Origin: an uncultured delta proteobacterium
Lineage (GTDB): Bacteria > Myxococcota > UBA727 > VGSZ01
DNA length: 64,000 nucleotides
NCBI GenBank assembly: GCA_963775425.1
Contig: CAVZJB010000007.1
Span: forward strand, 1 to 64,000
Direction of reading: 5' to 3'
Below are positions 1 to 9,836 of the stretch, piece after piece. Position 1 is the stretch's first letter. Every line of letters begins with the position of its first letter. The notes beneath the pieces were generated by a model. The model made no database searches and was not told the origin of the DNA. It saw only the letters and a program-made list of their open reading frames with translations. Both the position numbers and the translations under genes were made by a program.

Positions 1-64
1 GCCCGCGCGTGTAACCGCGGCGTCGCTCAGCTCCGCGCGATGACGATCTCGCCGCCGGTGTGGC

Positions 65-1420
65 TCACGTGTCGCCCCCGGCGTGCACGCGCTGGCCCGG
101 GCGGAACAGCTGCAGCTCGACGTCGCCGGGGAGCGTGAGCCGCCGCAGGACCACGCGGCCGCCGCCGGCGTTCACGAGCGCGAGCGCCCCGCCGAGCGAG
201 AGGGACTGACCGCGCCACAGCGGAAAGCGGCGATGGCCGTCGACCACCGCCACCTCGTCGCGCTCGTCGACCCCCGTGAGCGCCGCCGCCGCGTCGCTCC
301 TCGACGCCAGCGCGGAGACGCACTGCGGGAGCACCACCTCGCTGTCGCAGTCGGGACACCAACGCAGCACGGCGGCGCCGCCGAGCTCGGTGACGACGTC
401 GGCGCGCGCGATCGGGTGCGGACACATGCGCAACAGCCCGTGGCCGTCGACGCGCAGCCCGAACGGCGACGGCCATGACGACAGCAGCTCGAGCGCCACC
501 CGCGGCAACCACGCGAGCGGCTCGTTCAAAGAGGCGACGAGCGCAGCGGCGACCGCGCCCTCGCCGGCGCGGCCTTCGCAGCCCGGGGCGCGCGAGACCG
601 CGAGCGCCGCCTGGACGCGCAAGAGCTCGTCGACGTCGGGGTCGCGCAAGGCGCCGAGGAAGCGGCGCGCGTCCGCGGGCGCGAGCGCGCCGGTGCGCGC
701 GGGGAGCGCGGGGGCCGCGATGCGGCGGAGGGCGTCGAACGCGGGGCGGCCCTCGAGCCCCGCGTGCGCGGCGGCGAAGCCCCAAGCGTCGACGAGCGCG
801 AGCACCTCCTGCGCCGCGCCCTCCGCGGCGCGCGCTCCCCCGCGCGGCGGCGGCGAGGGCCACGCGGGGATGCCCGCGTCGCGCACCAGCACGCGCGCGG
901 CGGGCTCGGCGTCACCCGCGCCAAGGGCCGCGGCCGCCACGTCGACGCCTTCGCGCGTGAGCGGGCGGCGGTGCACGCCGTCGAACGCGGCGGCGACGGC
1001 GGCGGCGGCGAGCGCGAGGTGCGCCGCCTCGGGCGCGCTGCGCGGCGCCGCGAGCCAGCGCGGCAGGACACGCGGGGCCTCGAGCACGAGACAGAGGCGC
1101 TCCTCGTCGTCGACGCCGGCGTCGACGAGGGTGGCGACGCCGGGCGGTGTCGCGACCAGCGCGGGCACGGCGTCGGAGAGGGCGCGGCGCCAGCGCGCGT
1201 CACCGGCGACGCGGCCGTGGATGCGCTTCATCACGCGCCGCACGGGCGGGTCCTCCTCGACGACGAACAGGTCCTCGCTGACGTCGGTCTCGCCCACGCG
1301 GCCGACGACGACGAAGCGCGACAGCGACGACGCGCCGCCGCAGCGGCGCGCCGGCCCGAGGGCGGCCCGCGCGGCGGCGGCGAGCTGGGCGGCGGCGAGC
1401 TGCTGGGCGACGCCGTTCAC
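65..1420 (-). CDS. Hypothetical protein: degenerate Ser/Thr-kinase-like N-terminus, Cys cluster (CPH...WCPDC...C), possible FHA-like C-terminus
   Basis: In-frame GTG at 1420 within ORF 65..2065. RFVVVGRVGE..VMKRIH..LVDAGVD..LVLE resembles a kinase N-lobe, but no HRD/DFG motifs are visible. Confidence 0.5.
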   Translation of the reverse strand: MNGVAQQLAAAQLAAAARAALGPARRCGGASSLSRFVVVGRVGETDVSEDLFVVEEDPPVRRVMKRIHGRVAGDARWRRALSDAVPALVATPPGVATLVDAGVDDEERLCLVLEAPRVLPRWLAAPRSAPEAAHLALAAAAVAAAFDGVHRRPLTREGVDVAAAALGAGDAEPAARVLVRDAGIPAWPSPPPRGGARAAEGAAQEVLALVDAWGFAAAHAGLEGRPAFDALRRIAAPALPARTGALAPADARRFLGALRDPDVDELLRVQAALAVSRAPGCEGRAGEGAVAAALVASLNEPLAWLPRVALELLSSWPSPFGLRVDGHGLLRMCPHPIARADVVTELGGAAVLRWCPDCDSEVVLPQCVSALASRSDAAAALTGVDERDEVAVVDGHRRFPLWRGQSLSLGGALALVNAGGGRVVLRRLTLPGDVELQLFRPGQRVHAGGDT

Positions 1421-1451
1421 GGCGCCCCCGTCGGCCGGGCGCGCCGCGCGC

Positions 1452-1997
1452 TCACGCGAGCGGCACCTTTCGCAGCGTGGTCTGCAGCGCCTCGCCGTCG
1501 GCGGCGACGTACAGCTCGCCGTCGCTGACGGTGACCTCGAGCGCGCAGCCGCGGTCGCCGATGTGGCGCGCGACGCCGTCGAGGAAGGCGGGGTCGAGGG
1601 CGACGACCTCGATCTCCTCGACGCGGTGCACGCGCTTGTCCGCCACCTCGTCGACGAGCAGCTTGGGGTCGTGGTGCGTGACGACGACGACGCGGGGGGC
1701 GGCCTTGGCCGCCTTGTGCAAGCGCTCGGCGGACGGGGTGCCGATCTCCACCCAGGTGCGCAGGCGCCCGTCGAGCGTTCGCACCGAGAGCGCCGGCTCC
1801 TCCGGCGACGACAAGCCGCCCTTGCTGAACGCGAGCCCCTCCTCGACGAGGAGGCACCACGCGACCAAACGCGCGAGGAGGTACCGCTCGGTCTCCGACG
1901 GGTGGCGCGCCATGCGCACGTCGAGCGCTTCGTAGACCCCGCGGTCCACGTGGGAGAGCTGGACCGGGAAGCGGTACACCGTCGCTTGCAGCGCCAT
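1452..1997 (-). CDS. yaeQ: YaeQ family protein
   Basis: MALQATVYRF..VDRGVYEALD..ARHPSETERYLLARL..GLSSPEEPAL..WVEIGTPSAERLHKA is typical of YaeQ. ATG at 1997. Confidence 0.9.
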   Translation of the reverse strand: MALQATVYRFPVQLSHVDRGVYEALDVRMARHPSETERYLLARLVAWCLLVEEGLAFSKGGLSSPEEPALSVRTLDGRLRTWVEIGTPSAERLHKAAKAAPRVVVVTHHDPKLLVDEVADKRVHRVEEIEVVALDPAFLDGVARHIGDRGCALEVTVSDGELYVAADGEALQTTLRKVPLA

Positions 1998-2166
1998 GCG
2001 GGAAGGTACAGACGCACCGGGCCTTCGGCCAAGCGCACGACCGTCGGCGACGTGTGGCGCATCACCGCCGCGGGCGGCCCGCGCTCCGTCCGCGACGCTT
2101 GCCACGACCGCCCGGAACGACCCGGAGGACAGTGACGATCGGCGCGCGTTGTCGTACGCAGGGGGC

Positions 2167-2982
2167 GTGCTCGCCGCGCTCCCGCTGCTCCTCGCCGTCG
2201 CCGCCCCCGCCCCCGCCCCTGGCGTCGGCGGCGGCGAAGCGTGCAAGGCCGCGGTGCTCGACCTGCAGGCCGGCGAGGGCGTCACCAAAGAGCGGGCGCG
2301 CGCGCTGTCCGAGGCGGTGATCGGCGAGGTCGGGCAGCACCTGCCGTGCACGGTGCTGTCGCGCGCCGAGATCCAGGCGATGGTGTCGTTCGAGGTGCAG
2401 CGCCAGATGGCGGGGTGCGACGCCCAGAGCTGCCTGTCGGAGATCGGCGAGGCGCTCGGCGTCGACCGCCTGGTGCTCGGCACCATCTCGCGCATCAACG
2501 GCCGCACGCTGGTGTCGCTGCGCCTCGTCGACATGTCGTCGGCGGTGGTCCTGCGCCGGGTGACCGACAGCTTCGCCGGCGCGGACGACGACGCCATCCT
2601 GTGGATCGGCTGGCTCGCCCGCCGGCTCGCGATGGCCAAGGAGGCCGACGCGGGCCCCCGCCCCGTCGTCGAGATCACCGAGCGACATGCCAGCATCTGG
2701 CGCACGCTCGCGTGGACCGGCGTCGGCACGGGCGCGGGCGTGCTCCTCGTCGCCGGCGGGCTCGGCGCGGGGGCGCTGGGGCTGTCGGCGGCCCTGCCCT
2801 CTTTGAAGTCTGCGCGCGGCGCGGATCGACGGCAGATCAGCGGCCTCGAGGAGACCGGCCCCTGGCTCGCCGGCGGCGCCAACCTCGGCCTGTACGTCGG
2901 CGCCGCCCTCGCCGTCGCCGGCGGCGCCCTGTTCTTCGCGCCCGCCGACGAGGTCGTCACGACCGCGGAGACCCCGGGATGA
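2167..2982 (+). CDS. Secreted protein with TolB_N/CsgG-like domain and C-terminal Gly-rich hydrophobic hairpin
   Basis: GTG at 2167, signal peptide, AAVLDLQ..GCDAQSCLSEIGEALGVDRLVLGTI..SLRLVD, and two hydrophobic C-terminal segments. Confidence 0.65.
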   Translation: MLAALPLLLAVAAPAPAPGVGGGEACKAAVLDLQAGEGVTKERARALSEAVIGEVGQHLPCTVLSRAEIQAMVSFEVQRQMAGCDAQSCLSEIGEALGVDRLVLGTISRINGRTLVSLRLVDMSSAVVLRRVTDSFAGADDDAILWIGWLARRLAMAKEADAGPRPVVEITERHASIWRTLAWTGVGTGAGVLLVAGGLGAGALGLSAALPSLKSARGADRRQISGLEETGPWLAGGANLGLYVGAALAVAGGALFFAPADEVVTTAETPG

Positions 2983-3599
2983 CCCCGCTGTCTCTGTGGC
3001 AGCTCGTGGGCGCCCTGGCCGTGTGCGGCGCCTTCATCCCCGGCCCGTGCACCTTCGACCCCCACCGGGAGTTCGACTGCTCGCTCGGCGATCCCTGCGG
3101 ACGGAACTTCGCCTGCGCCGACGACGGCTACTGCAAGAGCGCCGACGTCGCCTGCCTCGACGGCGAGACCCGCTGCGAATACCCGGATCGTCCCCGCGTC
3201 GGCATCTGCGTGAAGGACGAGGACTTCCAGAGCTCCAAGACCCATTGCGGCACCTGCTTCACCATCTGCCGCGGCGCCGGCACCTGCGTCGACGGGTTGT
3301 GCCAGGGCGAGCCCGCGGACGGCCGCTGCGTGCTGTCCCGCGGCAACACCGACTGCGCCGCGGGCCAGCACTGCGCGGACGACGGCGACGGCGACGACGA
3401 GGGCGACTGCAAGAGCGGCGCCGGCGCCGGCGGCGTCTTCGACGGCTGCGACACCGGCGCCGACTGCGCCTCCGGCCTGTGCGCCGGCGGCGCGTGCACC
3501 AACACCTGCGACTTCGGCTGCGCCCTCGGCGCCACCTGCGACGACGCCGCCGTCCCCGGCGGCCTGTGCGTGCCCGACGACGCCGAGGTCTGCCGATGA
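2979..3599 (+). CDS. Small Cys-rich secreted protein
   Basis: ATGA overlap with the upstream stop, signal peptide, many Cys in short disulfide-type repeats. Confidence 0.75.
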   Translation: MTPLSLWQLVGALAVCGAFIPGPCTFDPHREFDCSLGDPCGRNFACADDGYCKSADVACLDGETRCEYPDRPRVGICVKDEDFQSSKTHCGTCFTICRGAGTCVDGLCQGEPADGRCVLSRGNTDCAAGQHCADDGDGDDEGDCKSGAGAGGVFDGCDTGADCASGLCAGGACTNTCDFGCALGATCDDAAVPGGLCVPDDAEVCR

Positions 3600-3681
3600 T
3601 CTTCCCCGTGGCGCGCGCGATCGAGCGCGGCCGCTCCCTCCGGTCGCCGATCGTCGAGCGCGTGTCGGCGCGAGGCCCGCG

Positions 3682-4302
3682 GTGAGCCCCACCCGGGCCG
3701 TCGCCGCGTGCGCCGCCGCCAGCGTCGCGTGGCTCGCGGCGTTCGCGCTCGGCGCGCGGGCGCACGCGTTCCTCCCGGTCATCGGCGTCGTCGCCGCGGC
3801 CGTCTGCGCCACCGTGCTCGCGCTCTCTCCCGAGGTGCGCCGGATGTTGCGCCCGCGCTTCCGCGACGTGCTGTGGGGCATCGCCGGTGGCGGCGTCTCG
3901 CTGTCGGCGACGTACTTGCTGTACCCGTTGGTGCGCGCTCTCGCACCCGCCGTCCAGGGCGACGTGCGCTTCCTGTACGCGCTCGTCCCCGTCAGCGCGG
4001 CCACGCTGCCCGTGATCCTCGTCGTCGTCGTCGCCGAGGAGCTCCTGTGGCGCGGCGCGCTCCAGTCGGCGCTCGCTGTGCATCATCCCACAGCGAGCGC
4101 GGTGGTCCTGTCGTCGGCGCTGTACGCCGCGGCGCAGCTCGGCCTTGGTGCGCCCATCCTCGGCGCCGTCGCGCTCGGCCTCGGGCTTTTGTGGGCCGTC
4201 GAGGCCTCCCTCACGGGGAGGCTCGTTGCCCCTCTGGTGAGCCACGCCATGTGGACCCTCACGGTCTTCGGCGTAGTTCCCCTCGAGCATTCAGCGAGCT
4301 AG
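3682..4302 (+). CDS. CPBP (CAAX protease-like, Abi) intramembrane metalloprotease
   Basis: Multi-TM protein with EELLWRG and SHAMW motifs. Confidence 0.85.
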   Translation: MSPTRAVAACAAASVAWLAAFALGARAHAFLPVIGVVAAAVCATVLALSPEVRRMLRPRFRDVLWGIAGGGVSLSATYLLYPLVRALAPAVQGDVRFLYALVPVSAATLPVILVVVVAEELLWRGALQSALAVHHPTASAVVLSSALYAAAQLGLGAPILGAVALGLGLLWAVEASLTGRLVAPLVSHAMWTLTVFGVVPLEHSAS

Positions 4303-4311
4303 ACGAGACGA

Positions 4312-6690
4312 ATGACGTCGTGGGCGCGCCGCTTCGCGGTCGGCCTTTTCTTCTGGATCGCCGGGGCCGGGCTGCTCGCCAAGCTGTTCCGCGCCGTGCA
4401 GCTCGAGGAGGAGGCGGGCGCCGACGACGGCCTCGTGTGGCTCCCGCTGGGCGTCTGCTCCGAGGTGCTCCTGGCCGCGCTCCTCGTCGCCGTGGCCTAC
4501 GCGGCCTCGCGCGTCCTGCCCCGCGCCGCCGCCGTCGCCGTCGGCGTCGTGCTCGGCCTCGCCGACATCGCGTGGCTGGCTGTGAACCTCACGAGCTTCG
4601 CCATCACCCAGGCGCCCGTGACCTTCCAGCGCCTGCGCGGCGACGAGGGCGTCACCTTCGCCGACAAGAGCCTGCTCACGTTCCACGAGGTGGCGCCGTC
4701 GGTGGCGTTCGCGGTGCTCGCCGTCGCGCTGCTGCCGGCGGCGCTGTGGGCGGCGCGCAAGATCGGCGACCGCGTGGCCCCGCTGCCGGCGGGCGCCGTG
4801 CTCTCCGTGGCTGTGCTCGGCTACAGCTTCGACGCGTTCGTGACCAGAGACGAAAACTTCGGCGTCGCCGACACGCCGGTGTTCACGCTCGCCAGCAGCT
4901 TCGTGCACGGCTACGTCGACGAGCACGAGCGCCCGCCGCGCGCAGACGGGTCCCGCGAGGGCTTGGGGGAGCTGCTGCGCGCGCGCACGCCGGTGAAGGA
5001 GACGCCGCCGCCGCCGCGCGGGCGCGCCGAGATGAGGAACGTCATCGTCATCTTCTCCGAGGGCATCGCACGCAAGCACACGAGCCTCGACGGCACCGAC
5101 GCCACGCCCAACCTTCTGCGCCGCTTCCACCAAAGCGGCCTCGAGCTCACCCGCTACTACTCGCCGTACCACAAGAGCATCGCGGCCATCTACTCGTTCT
5201 TCTGCTCGGACTTCCCGCCGCCCAACGCGCAGAACATCGTCGAGATCAACCCGCGCATCGACTGCGGCGAATTCTCCGACGTGTTGAGCGCGCACGGCGT
5301 GCACACCGCCCTCTTCCACGGCGGGCAATTCGGCTTCTACGACAAGCTCCTGCTCCTCGGCATGCGCGGCTACGAGGTGATGGAGGACTCGCGCAGCATG
5401 TCGGACCCGCTCACCTACGACGAAAACGAGTGGGGCATCGACGACCGCGCCATGGTCGACCACCTCTTTCAGTGGGTAGACGACATGCCGCCGGGCGACC
5501 GCTTCGCGGCCACGCTCATCCCCATCACCGCGCACTGGCCCTACTGGTTCCCCGGCGACGTCGACCGCCCCTACCCGCGCACGTCCTCCAAGGACGACTA
5601 CCTGAGCGCGGTGCACTTCCTCGACGAGGTCTTCGAGAAGCTGATGCGCGGCCTCGAGGCGCGCGGCATCGCCAAGGACACCGCGGTCATCTTCCTCGCC
5701 GACCACGGCGAGACCGTCGGCGAGCGGCCGCGGGCGTCGGCGGGGCGGCGGCTCGCGTACGAGCCGAGCCTGCACGTCCCGTTCGTCATCCTCGCGCCCG
5801 GCATGTGGCCCGGCGGCTCGCAGTCGGACGAGCTCGGGTCGCACGTCGACCTGCTGCCCACCATCCTCGACCTCATGGGGTTCCCGCCCGATCCCCGCCA
5901 CCACGGCCGCTCGCTCCTGATGCCCGATCGCGAGCCGCAGCGGCTCTTCATCGGCGCGTCCAACGGGCCCAAGTGGGTGGGCTTCATCGACGGTCACGAG
6001 AAATTCATCGTCAACCGCACCACGGGCAAGCGCGAGGACTACGACCTCGCGGCGGATCCCGACGAGCGCGACAACCGCATCGATCGCCTGCCCAAGGCGC
6101 ACGTCGAAGAGCTCACGCAGGACGCGCTGGCGTACGCCGACGGCCACCTCCAGGAGATCAGACACGCCAAGAGCCGCGGCGACGAGATCGACATCGAGGG
6201 CCACTTCGCCGACAGCGTCGACGTCCACGTGCGCATGCCCGACGGCACCCTGGTGGCGCCTCCGCCCGGCGCCTACAAGGGGCGCGAGGTGGTGAAGGCG
6301 GCGCGCGGCCACCGCGACTGCATCGTGGTGTCGCCGCCGTCGAAGGGGACGCTCGAGCTGACGGTGAGCGGGCAGGCGTGGCTGCCGTTCCTCACGCGGC
6401 TGCGCGTGGCGGAGACGTCTTTGCGGCGCCCGACCGGCGTCGACCTCGTCCCTGTCCGCATCGAGGTCGACGGCGAGCCGCAGGGCCGGCGCAACGCCAC
6501 GCCCAAGCACCACATCCGCATGCCGTTCGCGTCCCCCGAGGAGAGCCTGTTCATCCAGGTCGGCGGCAACGGCGCCGCCAAGCGCGACATCTGCATCTCC
6601 GTCACCGAGCGCGGCTGGCGTTACAGCCGCGTCCCGCACCCCGCCCGCGACGACGACGACGACGACAATCACAACGCGCCCCCGCCGTGA
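4312..6690 (+). CDS. LTA synthase/sulfatase-family membrane-anchored phospho- or sulfo-transferase
   Basis: About 5 N-terminal TM helices, then NVIVIFSEG, AHWPY, LADHGE, LHVPFVI, SHVDLLPTILDL and YDLAADPDE. Confidence 0.8.
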   Translation: MTSWARRFAVGLFFWIAGAGLLAKLFRAVQLEEEAGADDGLVWLPLGVCSEVLLAALLVAVAYAASRVLPRAAAVAVGVVLGLADIAWLAVNLTSFAITQAPVTFQRLRGDEGVTFADKSLLTFHEVAPSVAFAVLAVALLPAALWAARKIGDRVAPLPAGAVLSVAVLGYSFDAFVTRDENFGVADTPVFTLASSFVHGYVDEHERPPRADGSREGLGELLRARTPVKETPPPPRGRAEMRNVIVIFSEGIARKHTSLDGTDATPNLLRRFHQSGLELTRYYSPYHKSIAAIYSFFCSDFPPPNAQNIVEINPRIDCGEFSDVLSAHGVHTALFHGGQFGFYDKLLLLGMRGYEVMEDSRSMSDPLTYDENEWGIDDRAMVDHLFQWVDDMPPGDRFAATLIPITAHWPYWFPGDVDRPYPRTSSKDDYLSAVHFLDEVFEKLMRGLEARGIAKDTAVIFLADHGETVGERPRASAGRRLAYEPSLHVPFVILAPGMWPGGSQSDELGSHVDLLPTILDLMGFPPDPRHHGRSLLMPDREPQRLFIGASNGPKWVGFIDGHEKFIVNRTTGKREDYDLAADPDERDNRIDRLPKAHVEELTQDALAYADGHLQEIRHAKSRGDEIDIEGHFADSVDVHVRMPDGTLVAPPPGAYKGREVVKAARGHRDCIVVSPPSKGTLELTVSGQAWLPFLTRLRVAETSLRRPTGVDLVPVRIEVDGEPQGRRNATPKHHIRMPFASPEESLFIQVGGNGAAKRDICISVTERGWRYSRVPHPARDDDDDDNHNAPPP

Positions 6691-6705
6691 GCGCGGGCGG
6701 CGCCG

Positions 6706-8565
6706 TCAGCGCCAGGCGGCGGCGAGCGCGTGGGCGTCGACGACGACCGTCGGGCCGTCCCGATACACGACCGCGGCGTCGGGCGGCGCCGCGAGGACGA
6801 AGCCCTCCGGCTTGCGGGCGTCCCAGATGGCGGTGACGAAGGAGCGGATGGGGAAGAACAGGCCGCTGTCGTCGAGGGCGTCGAACTGGCGTGTGTCGAG
6901 GACGAAGTAGTCGATCTTTTCTTCGTCGACGAACGCGAGCACGCGGGCGCGATCGGCGGAGAACATCGCGTCGTGCATACGCAGGAGGCGCCGCTCCATC
7001 TCGTGCCAGTACCCGAGGCGGAACGGGTGGGCCATGGTCCAGTTCACGTAGACCTGGCGCGCCGCGAAGTAGGGGATCTTGTCGACGTCGTCGAGGTCGC
7101 CGGCGAATTGCGCCGTCACCGGCGTGTGCTCGCGCAGGAAGCGCATCAGCGGCCGGGGGTCGTCGTCCCGGTTCCAGCTCGGCACGAGGACGCCGTCGGC
7201 GCCGAGCGTGAACATCGGCACGAGCACCACGGCGACGGCCGCGGCGACGGCGCGCTTCGGGAGGAGCGCGCGGCACGCCTGGAACGCGAGGGCGCCGAGC
7301 GCCACCAACGTGCAGTACGGCAGCACGTGCTGGATCACCCGATGCGGCAGGTACATGCGGAACGCGAAGACGCGCGCGGCCCAATACGACAGCGCGGCGG
7401 CGACGCCGAGCAGCAGCAGCTCCCAGGGAAAGCGGCGCCTGTTGACGAGGACGACGGCGGCGAGCGCGCCGAGGAGCGCGGCGCCGGCGGCCTCGCTGAC
7501 GCGCGCGCCCCAGGGGAGGAGGTCGAAGTACGCGAGCGCGCCCGACGGGTCGAAGGGCTGCAGCGCCCACTTGGCGATGTGGCCCCAGTACGTGCCGAGC
7601 GGCAGCCAGCGCATGCGCCCACCCGCCTGCAGCGCCGGCAGCGACTGCGCCTGGGCGAGCGTGATCACGGGGCCCCACCACGGCAGCGCGCGCAGGTTCT
7701 GCACGAGCGCCAGCGCCGACGCCGCGACGCCCGCGCCGGCGACCGAAGCGACGCGCCCGAGCCAGCCGAGGCCCGGCCGCAGCGCGCGCGCGCCGACGGG
7801 CGCCGGGAGCCAAGGCTCGACGACGACGAAGATGCCGTACGCGAGGCCGCATGGCGGCAGCGTGCTCGGGTACATGCCGCCCATGGCCACGAGCCACACG
7901 AGCACCAGGCGGTGGCGGCGCGCGAGCCACGCGTCGATGAACAAGAGCACGAAGGTGGGGCCGAACGAGCGCGGGTAACCGCCCATGGTCTGGTGGAAGA
8001 AGCTGAAGTTGTGCGCGAGCGCCACCGCGCACGCGAGGCCCACCGCCCAGTGCGACAGCCTCGTGGTCGCGCGGTACACGCCGGTCAACGCGCCACCGTA
8101 GGCGAGCCATGAGAGCATGCGCGCGGCCACGCCGGGGTGCACCACGTGGCTGAGCGCCGCCATGACGACGTAGTACAGCGGCGGCTGCACGCGGAATTGG
8201 TAGTCGGTGATGACGTGGCCCGGGGGAAAGGCGCCCGCGGTGTAGTAGCGGTGGTACTCCCAGATCCACTGCTTCCAGTCGCCGTCGGCGGCCCACGGCA
8301 GGAAGGACCAGAAGAAGCGCATCCCGGTGATCACCGCGATGTACACGAGGGCGCCGACGACGACGGCGTCGACCGCCGTCAGCCGCCGCGCGCGCAGCCG
8401 CTCACGCGCGGCCCGGGCCCACGGGAGGAGCCCCGCGGCGTCCCACGGGCCGTCGCTGCGATGCGCGTGGTGCGGCGGCTGCTCCGCCGCCGAGTCGCTC
8501 GACTCCCCGTGGCGCGGCGGCTTGTCCGCCGCCGGTTCGCTCGACTCCGTCGCGGACGACTGCAC
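6706..8565 (-). CDS. GT-C-like integral membrane protein, paralog 1
   Basis: Multi-TM; WAADGDWKQWIW..FPPGH..DYQF..QPP, GGYPRSFGP, AHPFRLGY and EKIDYFV are shared with three other genes in the window. Confidence 0.65.
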   Translation of the reverse strand: MQSSATESSEPAADKPPRHGESSDSAAEQPPHHAHRSDGPWDAAGLLPWARAARERLRARRLTAVDAVVVGALVYIAVITGMRFFWSFLPWAADGDWKQWIWEYHRYYTAGAFPPGHVITDYQFRVQPPLYYVVMAALSHVVHPGVAARMLSWLAYGGALTGVYRATTRLSHWAVGLACAVALAHNFSFFHQTMGGYPRSFGPTFVLLFIDAWLARRHRLVLVWLVAMGGMYPSTLPPCGLAYGIFVVVEPWLPAPVGARALRPGLGWLGRVASVAGAGVAASALALVQNLRALPWWGPVITLAQAQSLPALQAGGRMRWLPLGTYWGHIAKWALQPFDPSGALAYFDLLPWGARVSEAAGAALLGALAAVVLVNRRRFPWELLLLGVAAALSYWAARVFAFRMYLPHRVIQHVLPYCTLVALGALAFQACRALLPKRAVAAAVAVVLVPMFTLGADGVLVPSWNRDDDPRPLMRFLREHTPVTAQFAGDLDDVDKIPYFAARQVYVNWTMAHPFRLGYWHEMERRLLRMHDAMFSADRARVLAFVDEEKIDYFVLDTRQFDALDDSGLFFPIRSFVTAIWDARKPEGFVLAAPPDAAVVYRDGPTVVVDAHALAAAWR

Positions 8566-8571
8566 GTCGCC

Positions 8572-8581
8572 ATGCTACATC
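8572..8581. promoter_or_regulatory. Overlapping divergent -10-like hexamers (TAGCAT on -, TACATC on +) for putative leaderless transcripts
   Basis: Only 23 bp separate the divergent starts at 8565 and 8589. The shared TA at 8576-8577 lies 12 and 13 nt from them. Confidence 0.5.
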
Positions 8582-8588
8582 GGGCGCG

Positions 8589-9836
8589 ATGTCCGACGTC
8601 GAGCTGACCGTGGTCATGCCTTGCCTGAACGAGGCCAAGACCCTCGCCGTGTGCATCGAGCGCGCGCGGAGGACGCTCGAGGAGCACGGCATCAAGGGCG
8701 AGATCGTCGTCGGCGACAACGGCAGCACCGACGGCAGCCAGGAGATCGCGCGCGGCCTCGGCGCGCGGGTCGTGGACGTCACCGAGCGCGGCTACGGCGC
8801 GGCGCTGCTCGGCGCGTTCGCCGCCGCCCGCGGCGACTTCATCCTCATGGGCGACAGCGACGCCAGCTACGACTTCGCCGAGATCCCTCGCTTCCTCGAG
8901 AAGCTCCGCGCCGGCTTCGACCTCGTCATGGGCAACCGCTTCCAGGGCGGCATCAAGCCCGGGGCCATGCCCTGGAAGAACCGCTACCTCGGAAACCCCG
9001 TGCTCTCCGGGCTCGGCCGCCTCTTCTTCCGCATCCCGGTCGGCGACTTCCACTGCGGCATCCGCGCCTTCAAGCGCTCCGCGCTCGACAAGCTCGACCT
9101 GCGCTCGACGGGGATGGAGCTCGCGAGCGAGATGGTGGTCAAGGCGGCCCTGTACGGGCTGCGCATGGCCGAGGTCCCCGCCACGCTGTCACCCGACGGC
9201 CGGGACCGCCCCCCGCACCTGCGCCCGTGGCGGGACGGCTGGCGGCACCTGCGCTTCCTGCTCCTGTACTCGCCGCGCTGGCTGTTCCTCTATCCCGGCC
9301 TCGCCCTCATGCTCGTCGGCGCCGCGGTGCACGCGCTCCTGTTGCCCGGCCCCTTCAAGCTCGGCGGCGTCACCCTCGACGTGCACACGCTGTTGTACGG
9401 CGGCGCCATGATCCTCGTCGGCGCGCAGGCGCTCTTCTTCGCGGTGCTCTCCAAGGTCTACGCCGTCACGCACGGGCTCCTGCCGCCCGACAAGGCGTCG
9501 CGGAGCTGGCTGTACGCCATCAAGCTCGAGCACGGCGTCGTCGCCGGCGCCGTCCTCGTCGCCGCCGGGCTCGCGACGTCGGCCTTCGCGGTGTCGGCGT
9601 GGGCGCACCGCGCCTTCGGCCCCTACGATCCTCAGCTCGCCATGCGCCTCGTGGTGCCGAGCGTCGTGCTCCTCGCGCTCGGCGCGCAGACGGTGTTTTC
9701 GAGCTTCTTCTTGAGCCTTTTGGGGATGGGCATCCACGGCGACACGCCGCAGGTGTTCTCACACGCCGCGCAGGTCACCACCCAGGCGCGCACGGGCCCG
9801 CACGACGACGATCACTCCGGCCAGTCGGCGCCCTGA
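8589..9836 (+). CDS. GT2 glycosyltransferase (polyprenol-phosphate sugar synthase-like) with C-terminal TM helices
   Basis: VVMPCLNE, DNGSTDGS, GYGAAL, MGDSDASY, DFHCGIRAF, LRPWRDGWRHL. Confidence 0.9.
   Translation: MSDVELTVVMPCLNEAKTLAVCIERARRTLEEHGIKGEIVVGDNGSTDGSQEIARGLGARVVDVTERGYGAALLGAFAAARGDFILMGDSDASYDFAEIPRFLEKLRAGFDLVMGNRFQGGIKPGAMPWKNRYLGNPVLSGLGRLFFRIPVGDFHCGIRAFKRSALDKLDLRSTGMELASEMVVKAALYGLRMAEVPATLSPDGRDRPPHLRPWRDGWRHLRFLLLYSPRWLFLYPGLALMLVGAAVHALLLPGPFKLGGVTLDVHTLLYGGAMILVGAQALFFAVLSKVYAVTHGLLPPDKASRSWLYAIKLEHGVVAGAVLVAAGLATSAFAVSAWAHRAFGPYDPQLAMRLVVPSVVLLALGAQTVFSSFFLSLLGMGIHGDTPQVFSHAAQVTTQARTGPHDDDHSGQSAP

Noticed and set aside
276-6836. Long Arg/Ala/Gly-rich ORFs such as 276..2135(+), 3708..6836(+) and 4291..6672(-), and many similar ones across the window
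   Set aside because: Shadow ORFs caused by stop-codon scarcity in high-GC DNA. They overlap genes with clear family motifs.
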